Program-made: the position numbers and the translations under genes
Source of the DNA: Thalia democratica
Taxonomy: Eukaryota
DNA length: 64,000 nucleotides
Reading direction: 5' to 3'
NCBI GenBank assembly: GCA_965202585.1
Contig: OZ241828.1
Coordinates: 24,056,001 to 24,120,000 of the forward strand
Notes under the pieces: generated by a model
What the model was told of the DNA's origin: nothing
Seen by the model: only the letters and a program-made list of their open reading frames with translations
Databases searched by the model: none
Shown: positions 13,004-26,800 of the stretch, one piece after another
Layout: the number at the start of each line of letters is the position of its first letter
How positions within the stretch are numbered: the first letter of the stretch is position 1

Positions 13004-13267
13004 ATCATTTCTAACCCGCTTTCACTTCTAACCCGATCACTTCTAACTAAATCACTTCTAACCCGATCAACTCTAATCCGATCACTTCTACCCCGATCAC
13101 TTTTAACCTGACCACTTCTAACACAATTATTTCTAATTTGATCACTTTTGACCCGAACACTTCTAACCATATCATTTTTATCCCGATCATTTCTAACAAG
13201 ATCACTTCTAACCCAATCATTTCTAACCGATTTAACCCAATAATTTTTAACCCGATCACTTCTAACT
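13004..13267 (+). repeat. 15-bp tandem repeat (ttctaacccgatcac), about 17 copies
   Basis: Period read directly; it explains the listed ORFs 13047-13259 and 13138-13368. Confidence 0.95.
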
Positions 13268-13800
13268 CATTTTACTTGTTTATTTTATTTTTATTTTTTA
13301 ACTTAGATTTCATACAAAAACAAACTAGTATTAATGAAGCTATTAAAGTAAAATTAATATTATTTTAAAAAGTTTTAAGTTACTTTAAAACATATTTCTT
13401 TTAATTTGTCACGTAAAAAATTATTGTAGTAAAAATTTCATTTTAGTATTAACTTAGCATAATTTTAATTTATTTTTATTAACTAATTTTTTTATTATTC
13501 ATCCTACAATTAACTTTTTTTTTTCATTATTACATGTATTTTAATTTTTCAATTTATTTTAACAGACGTTTTTCTTTAATCTTACACAATTTACTAAATC
13601 GTTTACTTAACAATATTTTGAACTCTTCTTTGTAGGATTTTAAAGTAAACAGTTATAACTATATATAACTAAGATCTTATTCTAGTTCACTTGAATATAA
13701 TAAATTTAATATAATCAAATTAATAAAAGTAAACTTTTACAACTTTATTATTCAGATACAAAATTCTTTGTTTTAAAGTTTAAAAACTACATTTTAAGTC

Positions 13801-13912
13801 TGACGTAAATGTTGTACTATTGATGACTAATGTTTTATTTTTCATAGTAGTCTAGTTTCAAGTTTCATCTTAATAACTTATACAAATTGATCTACAAATT
13901 GTATATGCCTAT
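13801..13912 (+). other. Highly degenerate family-1 unit
   Basis: TGACGTAA at 13801 and ttGTATATGCCT at 13901 (100 nt); the right arm of the dyad is lost. Confidence 0.35.
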
Positions 13913-14604
13913 TAAAATAATGTAGAGATTTTGATATAACCTAGCTTTTAAAACAGTTATGTGTATAAAAACCGCAAAAGTATGTTATGTCGATTGACCG
14001 TCTTGTATTTACATTTATAATAAATTCTTACTTAGTTTTTGGGTAAAAAATGTCACTAATAATTACACAGACAAGTTTATTTGTATAACAAGTCCGAGAA
14101 CTTAATAAGTATGACCCCTGTACTGTACGAGAACTAAAATACTTTTTTGCTTATTTACATTTTTTTCTATTAACAAAGCGCAATATTCTTATTAAATAAC
14201 GTAAGGCAACCGTATGCTCGTGTTGATCAGTGACGTCAGTAATAATTTAAAAGAACAACAGAAAAGCTGTAACTCATTTGTAAGCATACCGTTTAGTGTT
14301 TAATATACATTCTTAAATAGTTTTTTGTTTGTTATCCAAATTGTTTGAGTAAAAAGTTACTACTTGATGAGAACTTTATTCTAAAATATCTGTAAAAAAA
14401 ACTTAAGTTAACTAAACATTTGTTACATCATCATTTAAACCCACAAACATTAACTGAAAAGAATAGTAGTAGTAATTAAATTATGTTTTTAAAAATACTT
14501 GTTTTATTGATTGCTTATCATAAATAATTTATGTAATCGTCTCTTAGTTACATAAAACCCAATGTACAGTTTCTTATTTTTCTAAGCAAGTATTTAAATA
14601 AAAC

Positions 14605-14890
14605 TAGCTATACTGAAAATTTGTAAAGCTCTATTTTTTAATTGTAAGTTTCTATGAAACAATAAATAATCTATTCAAAAAGAGACTTAAATGTTTGTTA
14701 TAAAAAATTTTAAAAAAAAGTCTCTTGGCTGATAGTGATTTCTTTATCTCTAAATGTATTAATTTTATCGATATTTAATATAACATTGCTTTGCAAACAC
14801 TGTAATATTTTGACTTCATGTTTATTGTCAAAAATAAACTATAGTGAATATTAAATCAAGGATACTGTTGTAAAGTCATTTAGTAATGTC
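14605..14890 (+). repeat. Dispersed ~280-bp repeat, copy 1
   Basis: tagctatact...gtaaagctct...ttggctgatag...aaacactgt...ttgtaaagtc matches 44765-45040. Confidence 0.85.
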
Positions 14891-15334
14891 TTATTCACTT
14901 TTTTTACAACTTAACAATTAAATTATAAACTTAAATGTTATTTAAATATCCAATATGTTCAGAATGTATAAAAAAACATATAAAACTAATCAGTTATTTA
15001 AAAGAGGTATATTTCAAAGCAGTTTACTTCATGTAAAAAATGTAACAAACTTTAGTCGTAGCCTTTTAATTTCAAACTAACTATTTAGTAAAATTTTAGA
15101 AAATAATGTTTACTTTTTTCAGCAAATTAGGTTAGCAAAAAGTATAATGCTAGTCTTAATTGTCTAACCGAATGAGTTTATCAAATTCATCATTAAAAAC
15201 ACGTTAAAATTTATGCTACAGTTTATAAAAATAGCGTACAGACTAATTAGCAAAAAATGATACTCTAAGAGCATATTTTTCACTTATTCAGCTAAGGAAG
15301 TTTAAAGTTAAATTTTAATTATTTTTTTTTTCAG

Positions 15335-15370
15335 GAAATATTTTTACACAAGCTCCTTGTTTTTTGAAAT
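15335..15370 (+). other. Candidate 36-nt exon of an unidentified host gene
   Basis: Strong acceptor ttttttttttcag and donor gtaagta bracket 36 nt; two of three frames are open (NIFTQAPCFLK or KYFYTSSLFFE). Confidence 0.35.
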
Positions 15371-15799
15371 GTAAGTATATTTATATTTCATTTGAATAAC
15401 TTATTTTTTTTGTTTCTTACAAAAAATACTAAATCATTTTTGAATAGGGATTTGTTGCATACTTTTTATAGGTTGTATGTGAATAAAGTATCTTTTTTTA
15501 AAGAAGTTTCAAATATACATAATTATACAATAACTTAAATAGTATTAAAACAGTCTAGTTTTTTCTAATTTGTATCATAAACAAAACTAAGATCTTTTAT
15601 AAAACAGTATCAATGCGTTCCTTATCTTTTATATATTAAAAATTATGTTTGAGTTTACTTGTTAATTCATCATACTTCAAAGCCTAATTTAACAACAAAA
15701 AGAAACTTTTAATAACTTGAAATGCAAAGTATTAGAAAAACAAAGATAAAACTGTAGCATCTGCAACAAATAAACTACTTTGTTAACGAACTATCGTGA

Positions 15800-16021
15800 G
15801 GCAGGATAGTCGAGGCGTTACTACGCCGACCTGCCAATCTGGTGCACGTGAAGTGTTGTGAGCTCGAATCCCACCTGTAGACTTGTTTACTAGTGGGCGC
15901 CCTGGAGGTATGGCTCGAACTCTGCTTCTACTGGTTCACCTCTACTGGTAATTAGTAGTTAGCACGAGTGCAACGCAGGAGTTGTAAAGTTCGAGCATCA
16001 CGACGGTGCATCGTCATTTTT
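15800..16021 (+). mobile_element. tRNA(Leu/Ser)-derived SINE or Pol III ncRNA, about 220 nt
   Basis: Head 15800-15880 has GGATAGTCGAG, loop CTGCCAA, variable arm GCAC-gtgaa-GTGT and T-arm GTGAG-CTCGAAT-CCCAC, but only a partial acceptor stem. The GC-rich structured tail ends in hairpin GACG-gtgcat-CGTC plus T5. Confidence 0.7.
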
Positions 16022-16577
16022 AATGTATAACTTTTTTATTTTGTGCAAGCTAGTTTTTACTACTAAATTAAGTTTGGTCAATTAAATATGTTAAGAGGTT
16101 ATATAATATTTTTTTATTAAAATAAATTTAAAATAAGACGTATTATAAACGAATTGTATTAGTACTTTGTTAAACCACTTAAATTTTTTAGCTTTAAGTT
16201 AAGCAGACTCACAATTAAAAGTTAAATCTTTTCAAAAGTCTTTTTCACACCAACATTACAAACTAAATTTCCATAATGACATTTTTGAAAATTAGTTATA
16301 TAAAAAAAAACATTTTAAAGTGATTCTCTGAATCCTGAAAGTAAGTGTTTATAATTTAATACAAATTTAAAGTTATATAATTCGTTAAATTCAAAATTTA
16401 AATTTAAATTTGATAAATTAATACAAAAAAAAGTTAGTATTTAATGTTTTTTTTTTTATTATAAAACATATATTTTATTTAAATGTTTATATTTTAATAT
16501 AATTTTTTTTCCTTTATTAAACTAGTAGCACGCAGTTAATAAACACGGAAAAAACTAAGTAAAGACGTAGTTTAAAC

Positions 16578-16625
16578 CAGTGGTCGTCAAGCTAATCAAT
16601 TTCTGTGTACACCAAGCTGTAAAAA
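16578..16625 (+). mobile_element. Solo left end of the CAGTGGTCGTCAAG MITE family
   Basis: Near-identical to 19974-20020; no right TIR seen. Confidence 0.75.
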
Positions 16626-17343
16626 GAATTGAACTAAAAAAAAAAATTGTGCGACATAAATTTTACAGTAATACAGTTAGGTTGTTTAAATTTAAAAAAC
16701 TTAAAAAATAAGAAAAATGATTTATTGATTAAAATTAATAAGAAAAAACACCTTAATTTTTTTTTAATCGTCATAGTTTTGTTAAAAATCTCTATTACTC
16801 TTTTCGATTAATTTCTAGTTCTCTTAAAAAGACAGTATAAATTTAAATTAAAACATTTACAATATTAAGTTGAAAAAAAGTAAAGCAAACAGTTTAAAAA
16901 ATTTAAGCTCATTAGCTAATATAGTTTTAAACCTATTTTTTAACACTTAGTTCAAGATAATACATTGGATTAAATTACAAAATAACTACTATTTAAATTT
17001 GAAAGTTTTTGTCAAACTTTAGATAACTATTCAAACGTGGTTATTTTGCACAAAGTTGTTTCACAATTTGTTCATCAAAAATTAAAAAAACATTACATAA
17101 TAAAAATTGTGTTTTTGTATTACCTATTATTTTATTTTTCATTATAAGCGTTAAATTTTTATATAAAGAAAAAATATTTTTTATAAAAAATAAAAAATTA
17201 AATATATTCATAATTTTTGAACGGTTTTACACTGACTGATTGGTACAATCATATAAGCTTCATTATAAGTTTTAATCAGTTTATTTTGTTTCTGACCGAA
17301 ATCAATATATTAGATAATAGTTATTTTTTGCTAAAGTATAACG

Positions 17344-17463
17344 TGACGCAATAATTTATAATAACAAAAACTAGCTAAGAAGTAAAATTATTAATAAAAA
17401 AAGCTATATTGTTTTTAAAGAGGATAGTTTTTCTGAAGTTTTCTGACGTCTCTACCAGTCAGT
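17344..17463 (+). other. CRE-box/dyad motif-pair unit, family 1
   Basis: TGACGCAA at 17344; aataacaaaaactagc box; variant dyad CTGAC-gtctctacca-GTCAGT at 17443 (about 98 nt). Confidence 0.75.
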
Positions 17464-18361
17464 ATTTTAAATTTTCAATAAATACCTGTAATAAAAAAAT
17501 TGTTTTATTTAGGAATGTTTTACTCACATTAAATTTATATACATCTACGTATACGCCATTGTAAAAAAAATATTTTAATATATTTAAATTTTTAATATTC
17601 AATGGTAATCTGTTATTCGAAATAACTAACCCTGATCGCTTTTTAAGTGTTTTTTTATTACGAAGTATTTCATTGAACCTTTTTAAAACGTGGTGATTTT
17701 TTTTTGTAAAAAATTAGTTCTCTAAAAAAAATTAGCTACTGAAAAGTAATACCCTGCTGATAAAAATAAATTTTGAACAAATTGATAACTACGATGGTTA
17801 AGCAAACTACAAAAAAAAAAAAAGCTTAAATTATTCTTGTAAATAAAAGTAGCTTTTCTACTATTCCTGAAGTAATTTTTTTGTCGCTGTTTTAAGCAAA
17901 CAGTATTTAATTCTTCTTGATGTTACGAATGTTTTGTTCAAACTTGTTTCAACAGTTCTTGTTTCATTCAGTGTTTGTATGTTTATTAACTTAATTTATA
18001 TAGTTTGTGCTTTAGGGTATTTTTTTTTAAATACTTCCTTGGCTATTATTAAAGGTTCCCGTAATTCAAAGGTTATGTGTAAATTTATATTTGATTTAAG
18101 TAATTTTGGTATTCAAGCTTCTTTATAGAATTAAAGTGATTAAAAAGTAAGTGAAATATAACTTAGGGTCCTAAAAAGTTCTCTAGATTTTTTTTTCAAG
18201 TCACAGTTAATATGAAAAATAAACACTTAAAATCCCTTGAATTTTTTTGTTTTGATTATTTATATCTCGAACTGTTAAATATTTGCATTTAAAGTTAAAA
18301 GTTTTAGAAATAATAAAAACGTATTAATTTCTAATGAATTATTTACAAAAAAAAAACTATG

Positions 18362-18480
18362 TGACGTCAGAATTTATTGTACTAAACTGTAGCGCAAAAT
18401 TTAAATGTAAATTAAAATTTCATTCTTTTCAATTCCTAAATCACACAAATGAAAGTTTTTAGCTGTTTTCAACGAAGAGT
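18362..18480 (+). other. CRE-box/dyad motif-pair unit, family 1
   Basis: TGACGTCA at 18362; actaaactgtagcg box; TTAGCTGTTT-tcaac-GAAGAGT at 18459 (97 nt). Confidence 0.8.
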
Positions 18481-19363
18481 AAATTTTATTCGTTTTTAGT
18501 TGGCAATATCGCAACCTTACGGGCGATTAATGTTATCAGGAGGCGTTAAATAATAAGGCGACGAAAAGATTAATGGGTAATTAACTACTAAGAAGCGACA
18601 TCAGATAAATAGGGTAACTATTTTTAAAGATTTCCAAGTGTGTACCTAGTTACAACAAAATATAAGTTTATGAAACCAAGAAATAAACAAGTCACTAAAG
18701 GTATTTAATTATCGGCTCTGTTAATTCTTTTGCAACAATAAGGTTACTGTTTGGTTTCTGCCTTTAGTCAAAAAATTTTTGAAACTTAAAAAAAAAATTT
18801 GTAGTTGAAAAAGCTTTTAGCTCAGAAATAGATATCTTAAATAAAATATCAAACTTTTACTTACACAGTAAGAAACTCAAGCTTTACTTACCTTATTAAA
18901 ACCAAACATATGACTTTTAGCTAGTAGTCGTCATGGTCATCCTTTACATTAAAACTCAGATCAGACAAAATGTTTCGTTAGTTATGAATTAAACTTCTAT
19001 AAATAATTTTTACTAGTAATTTAATAAGTTCGGCTAACAATTATTATCATTTTAGTTTGTTGGCTTGTATGTTTAGCTGGCTTATAACTAGATAAAAACA
19101 TTTTACCAAAAAAATAGTTTTTATAACGACGTAATAAGTTCTACATTACTTAAAAGCTAATTATTACTGTTAATAAATATTAAATTGTCTTTTGTTAAGA
19201 TTCATAGAATTAATAGAATAATATGTATCAATTTTGTGAAGTGACTTTTAGTATTTTATACAATGTAAATACTAAATTACTGCATTAATGTATATTAATA
19301 TAACTAATAGTTTCTTAGAAAGATCTAAAACATTGAATATAAAACTAAATAAAATTCATGTTG

Positions 19364-19477
19364 TGACGTCAAGATTTAAACTAAGAAAAACATTTTGAAA
19401 AGTTCATATAAATTTTACTAAAGCTATACAGTATCCCACGATTCATACATACGAAGTTTCTGCTACAAGCAGACAGT
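19364..19477 (+). other. CRE-box/dyad motif-pair unit, family 1
   Basis: TGACGTCA at 19364; gtttCTGCTacaagcAGACAGTAA ending at 19477 (about 92 nt). Confidence 0.7.
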
Positions 19478-19973
19478 AATTTATTTACTTAGAGGATTTA
19501 ACGTTTTTCAATGGTAAATTTTTAATTATTGTATATAACTCAGTTTTCATAATACATAAACCCAATTTATCGGTTGTAATATGAAAATAATGAAAATGGT
19601 AATAGTCATATGATACTTAAATACAAAGTTTAAACAAAGTTTGTTTAAAACTTTCGTTCATAAATTTTTATTTATTATCTATGTAGTTACTTAAATTCAA
19701 CTGAATGTAAGTTTTAAACTTTGCTATGTTCAATTTTTATTTGCTTACGCAAAAAATGTTTTTTTTTTTTTTAATTTTTCTTGTTTCGTTAAGGTTTCTT
19801 ATTATTAATGTTTAGCAAATTCAATTGTCGATTCGAAATCATTTTATATGAGATTTTATTATTTAAAATAAATATTTAAGTAACTAGTTATCTTAAGTAT
19901 ATTTTTGGTTTTACACATAGTTTTTTTTTATAAATTTCTTAATACATATCAAAAAAACACTTGATCACTAAAT

Positions 19974-20442
19974 CAGTGGTCGTCAAGCTAATCAAATTCT
20001 GTGTACACCAAGCTGCAAAAAAAAATCATTAAACCACAATATCTAATTTTAAAAAGTACTGATAGTAGTGAGACTACGTAAATAATTTTATTAGTGCAGT
20101 TTTTCTTTAAAGTCATAACTCAGTTTGTATTTACATGCAAACCATTTAACAACTGAAGATAAAACTTTTTATTTGATCCTCTTTTTATTGACCTCTTTTT
20201 TTTTACCTTATTTTCACAATGATATTTTAGTTGTATGGCTTTTTCTTACATACTTATTAATCGAACACTTCTCGGCAATTACTACAAAATCCCGGGTTCA
20301 GTATTTTTTAAATACTTTTTTAATTATTAACTACATACTTAATCTAACTCTATGTATTTTTTAAATCTCAAATATACCCCTAAAAGAGTTTCGTGTAATC
20401 TAAAAATTTCGTGTGCACCAGTGTACACCTTGACGACCACTG
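19974..20442. mobile_element. Non-autonomous DNA transposon (MITE), hAT-like
   Basis: Perfect 14-bp TIR CAGTGGTCGTCAAG / CTTGACGACCACTG; 469 bp, non-coding. The flanking 8-mers cactaaat / ctatagat match at only 5 of 8 positions, so the TSD is not secure. Confidence 0.8.
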
Positions 20443-20490
20443 CTATAGATTGTAACTTTGTAACACTAAAATTAATAGTAAAACGCATAC

Positions 20491-20713
20491 TGACGTCAAA
20501 AGCGTTTTACATAAAAAATAAATTATATTTGAGTATATAAGTAAATTTTTAATCATTAACAAAATCTTAAGGACTTGCAAAGGTCCTAGTTGAATCTTAA
20601 ATTGCTTGTAAACATGTATTTAAATTTTTTTTTACTAATGCACTCTACAAATGATTAATTCCAATGAAAATTCAAAGTAAAAATTAAATTTTAAAGGGCA
20701 CTTCAAAGCGCCT
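20491..20713 (+). other. CRE-box/dyad motif-pair unit, family 3 (long spacer)
   Basis: TGACGTCA at 20491 flanked by the inverted repeat gtaaaacgc / gcgttttac; GGGCAC-ttcaaa-GCGCCT at 20696. Confidence 0.65.
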
Positions 20714-21374
20714 TAAAGTATACTCAACTGATTAAAAATATTATTCTAAGCTTATGGTTTTTCAATATATAAGAGCTTCGTTTACTTTTTTGTTCTTTTA
20801 ATTAGATTTTTATTCAAAATGAAAAATAAACAAAATAAAAGAAATAAGAAAACTCAATGTTTTCAAGTTTTAGCCGAATTGACACAAATAATTTTGAAAT
20901 ACAACATTTAAATTCATAGTTTAAAGCTTAAGTAGCCGAATTATTAGCATCTTCTTTCGAACCAAATGTCTAAAAAAAATTTTCAAAGGTTTCACTTGTA
21001 ATTTTACTTTTTATAATAACGCTGAAGTGTATAGTGAGTTTTTTTTTCAAATTTCCTGTAAATTGTTCTTCGAATCTTTTCTTACTCTTCATTTCAAACC
21101 CAGCAGTATCTAATGTAAATTAGAAAGTTTTCTTTTTCGACCCAAATTTGTATGTTCACAGTCTGTAAGTTTGCCGATCCCTCAATAAAACTATAGAAAA
21201 ATAGAGCTATGTGTTATATTGCAGCTAAACGTTCAATTAAATTCAAAATAGTTTCATTTTTTAGTCACTTTTATTAGTCAGTATTAACATTTTTTAATAA
21301 GGAAGCACGATCAAAATTTAACAACTTGTATAAATTCAAGAAGTTTAATATAATTATAAATTTAAAGAAAACTA

Positions 21375-21477
21375 TGGACTCACAAACGCTAGCTGAAAAG
21401 TTTACGATTAATTAAAATAATACCTTACATATTTCTCCTTTAAGTTTGCTTAATTTTGTAACCGTCTCTGTGACAGT
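21375..21477 (+). other. CRE-box/dyad motif-pair unit, family 1
   Basis: TGGACTCA at 21375; acaaacgctagc box; GTAACCGTCT-ctgt-GACAGTAA at 21458 (83 nt). Confidence 0.65.
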
Positions 21478-23268
21478 AATTTAATTTGACATTACTTTTT
21501 GTAATGTAAAAGTGGTACCAAACGTTTTATATAAATAGTTTTATACAAATAAATTTTTAATTAAAGCTCATTTATTAGTAAACTATTTGATTTGATTTAT
21601 ATTTTTTAGGTAGTAGAGTGTACCTTTACAACAGTCTCAAAAATCATGAAATAAATCAGATGAATTATTAGTTTTAGTTCAGGTAACAAAAAAACTGAAA
21701 GTACTAGAGTAGGTTTAAATTAGAATTTCAAGAAAAATAAATAAATTTTACATCAGATATGCAAAGCAAACATTAGTAAACGACTAAATTACTATATGTT
21801 AAAGACAACTGCAAACTAAACGGACATAAATTCAAAAACCCAATACAAGTACTTTTAACTTAGTTTTAGTTCAACTTAAATTTTTTTAGCTAAGCCGCTT
21901 CTAATTATTTCTCCTTTTAAGGTGACTTGTTACACCGTTATTTTATGGGGAAAATACTTTTGTTATCAAATCTATATTTAAAAGAAGTAAAGTTAAACTA
22001 ACAAAGCTACACTACTTTTTTTGAAAAAACATAAAAGGTTTAATCTGTTTGTCAGCTTTAATTTTTTGACAAAACTGTTTTGTCTAAAATTGTTAAGAAT
22101 TTTTTAAAACATAATGATTTGAAGTCGTTAAGTTTCAAAAATGATAAGCTAAAAATAAATACTAAAATATTCATTTTTATTTGATCAACGATTAAAATCA
22201 CAGACACACAAAAATTCAATAAGTTTGAACTCCATATTTTCTAAGGTTAATACAAAATAAATTAATAAAAAATATAATGTAGTGCTTTTAAAAGAAAAGA
22301 AATATTTTAAAAGATAAAGTTGAAAAGTAAAATGAGGAAAGTAATGTATTTAATACAAAAAAATTATATATTTTTGTTCAAAGTTTTTGTTTAGTTTTAT
22401 ATTCTATAGTCAATCTTGTATGTTTTGAGTTTTTATAAAATAACTATTGAATAGTTTTTATTATTATACTATTTTTATTGAAAAATTTGTTAAATTACTT
22501 ATTCTTGTATTTCTGTAAAGTTTAAAGTTTTTAAAATATAAAAATCTTCATTTAGATAAATTTCAAGGTATAAATATTATATTTTATTATTATTTTATTT
22601 TTAAAGAAAAGGTAAAAATATTTTATTATTATTTTTTTTTAAGAAAAGCTCTGGATTCAGTTTTTTCGTTTGACTCATTATATTAATATTAATTCAATCC
22701 TTTTTTTTTTTAACTAGTACCAATTTTACCTAAATATACTCTGATATGCTTGAACTTTTGAATATGCAACATTTTTGTTTAACATTAACAGTATAATTAA
22801 CTAACATTGTTATATGGAGTTTCAGATTTTATTTTTGCTTGAAAAGGTCGCGATCTCTTGCCACCGAAAGCGGTCGCGAATGAAATATAAATTTTGCATA
22901 AATCTATTTAGATATAAAAATCTCTAAAAAAATGCATGTTATAATATTATAACATTATAATAATATTTAATACTAACATTAAAATCCATTACTCTCGTTT
23001 AAAATAAAGTTATTTAAAACGGTTTTATTTTTGGTGTTTATTACTGTGCAAAAATAATAAACAATATTTAGTATTTGGTTAAATTTAGATCGATTTTTAA
23101 CAAAAAAAAATTAACTCACAGAATATCACTTACTTGAACATAAGTTCTTATTATTTATAAAATTGAAGATATCATGCTAAAGGTGGCACGCTTTATTTTA
23201 TTTAAACTATAAGTACCTGTTAAAGATCTAAAAACTTAATTTTAAAATATAATTAAATCAAAAATACA

Positions 23269-23383
23269 TGATGTCAGAATTCAAAATAACAGAAATAAGA
23301 TTAAAATTATTTTATAAATATCTAAAAAAAAAATTAGTTGCACCAATATGTGTTATAGTTTGTAGCAGTCTTAAGCTGACAGT
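23269..23383 (+). other. CRE-box/dyad motif-pair unit, family 1
   Basis: TGATGTCA at 23269; aataacagaaataag box; GTAGCAGTCT-taagc-TGACAGTA at 23362 (93 nt). Confidence 0.8.
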
Positions 23384-23879
23384 AGGATAGATACTTTTAA
23401 ATAATTTTTTCTTTACTTATCTCAAAAATAAATAATTTATATTCATACTTTCTAATTTTTTATTATAGCTAGTTGAGTTTTTATAAAAAAGTTATTTAAA
23501 GAGTAATTTATAATAAGGTTTTGATTTTGTTATTCTACTTAAACTTAATTTAACACAAATTTGGTTATAGTATTAAAAGTTTAAAATTTAATTACACGAG
23601 TTTAAAGTATAGGTTAAATATCTCATAAAAGAAATATATTTAAAAGTAGAATTAGCTAAAAATTCAGGAATTAAATTTCAGGAATGAAAATACAAATATA
23701 GTTACAAAATAGTTTTGATAAAAGCTAATCTATATTTTTAACGTTTTATGTTTGAAACAAATATAAAGTAGTTTGTGCTACATAACAATACTTATAGTTA
23801 AAATAAAATTTTATTTAAACCGATTTTGTATTCTAAATAAAAATGCATTATAGAATAAGTTTTACTAATATAAATTAAG

Positions 23880-26800
23880 CAATAATAGTTAGAATGCGTT
23901 ATTTAATGTTTTGCATTATAAACTAAGTTACATTACAAAACTCTTTGCAATGTAAATCAAAATGAAAATCGCATTATAAATGTTTTACTGACGTAATAGT
24001 ATTTACCACAATCGATTAAGTATTTGAAATGAATTTTAAATGACTTTTAAATTACTGTTTAGTATTACTGTTCATGCTGTAATTTTCATACTGTAATAAT
24101 GAATTAAATTTTAAAAGTCGTTAATAATACGGCTGATAAGACTCACAATCCTATATCCTAAATAATAAATGTATATAAAAAATCCTAAATAATTACCGTC
24201 GGTTTTATCGCTGTACTAAAAATATTTAATAAGCAGTTGAACTTATTTGGTTGCTAAAATACCTTTATATTAATTAAACATGTTAGCCTTATATTTGTTG
24301 CTCTAATTACTTACACAAAATAGTGGCATGAAATTCAATTGTTTCTTAAATATATTTAACAATTTCCCAAATTTTTTAGTATTTATGTAACAAAATGCAG
24401 TTTATTTTAGTCAACTTCGCTGCGCATTTCAGCATTTAAGAAAATACGACGGACTTTAATGAAGGCAGAAAATTAAATTATTTAAAATATTCCTGTATTT
24501 GTTTATAGTACAAAATGAAACTGAGAAGTATTTAAGTTATAATTAATAATAATGTTAATAATCTCTCTTAGTAATTTTGAGACACTAAACTTGAAAAAAA
24601 CCTAAATAAAGAAATTTATTTACAAGCATTTCACGTAACTTATGAATTTAAAATGCAGTTCGTAACAAAAAATAAATACGATGTAAAATAATTGTAATCA
24701 TTGTAAATCAAATTATATCTAAAAATAATTTACAATACAAACTTAAACTTGCTAATAATATTTGTCATTATAAATAGTCTTATGATTTCATAACTATTGT
24801 TTGATTTTTTGCAATTAAACAATACTCATAAGTATTTTAGCTACAGAAACTAACAACATATCTTAGCTTTAAGTCGTTATTAACGCGGCTAACGAGATTT
24901 ATTATTTTTTTATAGCTTTAACAAATAAACACTAACTTTAATTGTTCTATAACAGCAGTTTGTAAACAATTACCTAAACTGGAATTAATTAAAAAGTTTT
25001 GATTTAAATAAAACTAAACCAGTTAAATACAAGAAATCAAAATGATGCTAAATTTATTATAAATCATATTGCATTAAAATGAAGTTTAAGCAATAACTTC
25101 AAAATTTTAATTAAGTTTTAATTTATTTTCACAGTAATTTGTTGAAAACTATTTGCTGTTACAAAATAATTTTAAATTAAAGCTGAGTTAGATTTTGAAT
25201 ATTTTATGTTAAAAGACAATGTGCATTACGAAATAGTTTATACTATATAGCGATATAAGTTAAAAATTTGATTTGTTTAAACAATTTGCAAACTAAAAGA
25301 TAAAACTTATTCTCGAAAAAGTTTCACCGAGATAAGTTAAGCAATATAAGTTAAAATGCGTTGTAATGTATTTAGCATTAGAAACTAAACTATACTTTTT
25401 TCAATAAAGGATAAAATGCGTTAAAAAAATAATTCGCGTTATAAATGTTTTACTGACGTCATAACTTTCACCACTCACGCTCAATTATTTGTAATGCATA
25501 TAAATAACTAAATTTTTAAAACGAAAACATTTTCCAATAGTATGTCAAAAAACTAAATTTTAAAAGTCGTTGAAAATAACGGCTAATACAGTGTGAAAAT
25601 GTAAAAAATCCTACATGGTAACCATTGTGTTTTTATGCCGTACTAAAATATTTAATATTTAACAGTTTAACTAAATTGGTTAGTGGAATAATATTATATC
25701 AATAAAAATTTAACTAAATATTTGGTTGCTCTAACTATAAATAAAATACTAAAAGAAATTAATCTCATATATGTTTTATATTAGCTTAGTTTCTTTATAA
25801 TAATAAAACAATAATGTTTGTCAACCAAGCAGCGAAGTTGTACAAATAAAAAAAAAAGGAGCGACATTAGAGATGTCATAAAAAATACGTTGGCAGTGGA
25901 CGGTAAACTGATTACTTAACCAAGTTTAGATGCGATATTGATATATTGTTTCAGATTATTTTGCATACTTCATTTTTTTTTTGTTTTAGTGATGTAGTTA
26001 TTCTTTATTAACTGAACTCTTCGCAATGTTAATCAAAATGCGTTAAAAAAAAAGTCGCATTATAAATGTTTTACTTACGTAATAGTATTTACCACAAACG
26101 ATTAAATATTTGAAATGAATTTTGAGATGACTTTTGAATCGCTGTTTCGTATTACTGTTCATAATTTTATTTTCTGTTAAATTTTAAAAGTCGTTAATAA
26201 TACGGCTGGTAAGACTCACAATTTTAAAAAATTCAAATGATTACCGTCGGTTTTATCGCTGCACTAAAAATATTTAATAAGCAGTTGAATTTTTCTGGTT
26301 GCTAAAATACCATTATATTAATTAAAAATATTAGCCTTATATTTGTTGCTCTTATTACTTACACAAAATAATGGCATGAAATTCAATTGTTTCTTAAATA
26401 TATTTAACAATTTCCCAAATTTTTTAGTATTTATGTCACAAAATGCAGTTTATTTTAGTCAACTTAGCAGCGCATTTCAGCATTTAAGAAAATACGACGG
26501 ACTTTAATGAAGGCAGAAAATTAAATTATTTAAAATATTCCTGTATTTGTTTATAGTACAAAATGAAACTGAGAAGTATTTAAGTTATAATTAGTAATAA
26601 TGTTAATAATCTCTCTTAGTAATTTTGCGACACTAAACTTGAAAAAAACCTAAATATAGAAATTTATTTACAAGCATTTCACGTAACTTATGAATTTAAA
26701 ATGCAGTTTGTAACATAAATAAATACGATGTAAAAAAATTTAACCATTTTAAATCAAATTATATCTAAAAATAATTTACAATACAAACTTAAACTTGGTA

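Noticed and set aside
13047-13368. ORFs over the 15-bp tandem repeat
   Set aside because: They are low-complexity translations of the repeat with no independent coding signal.
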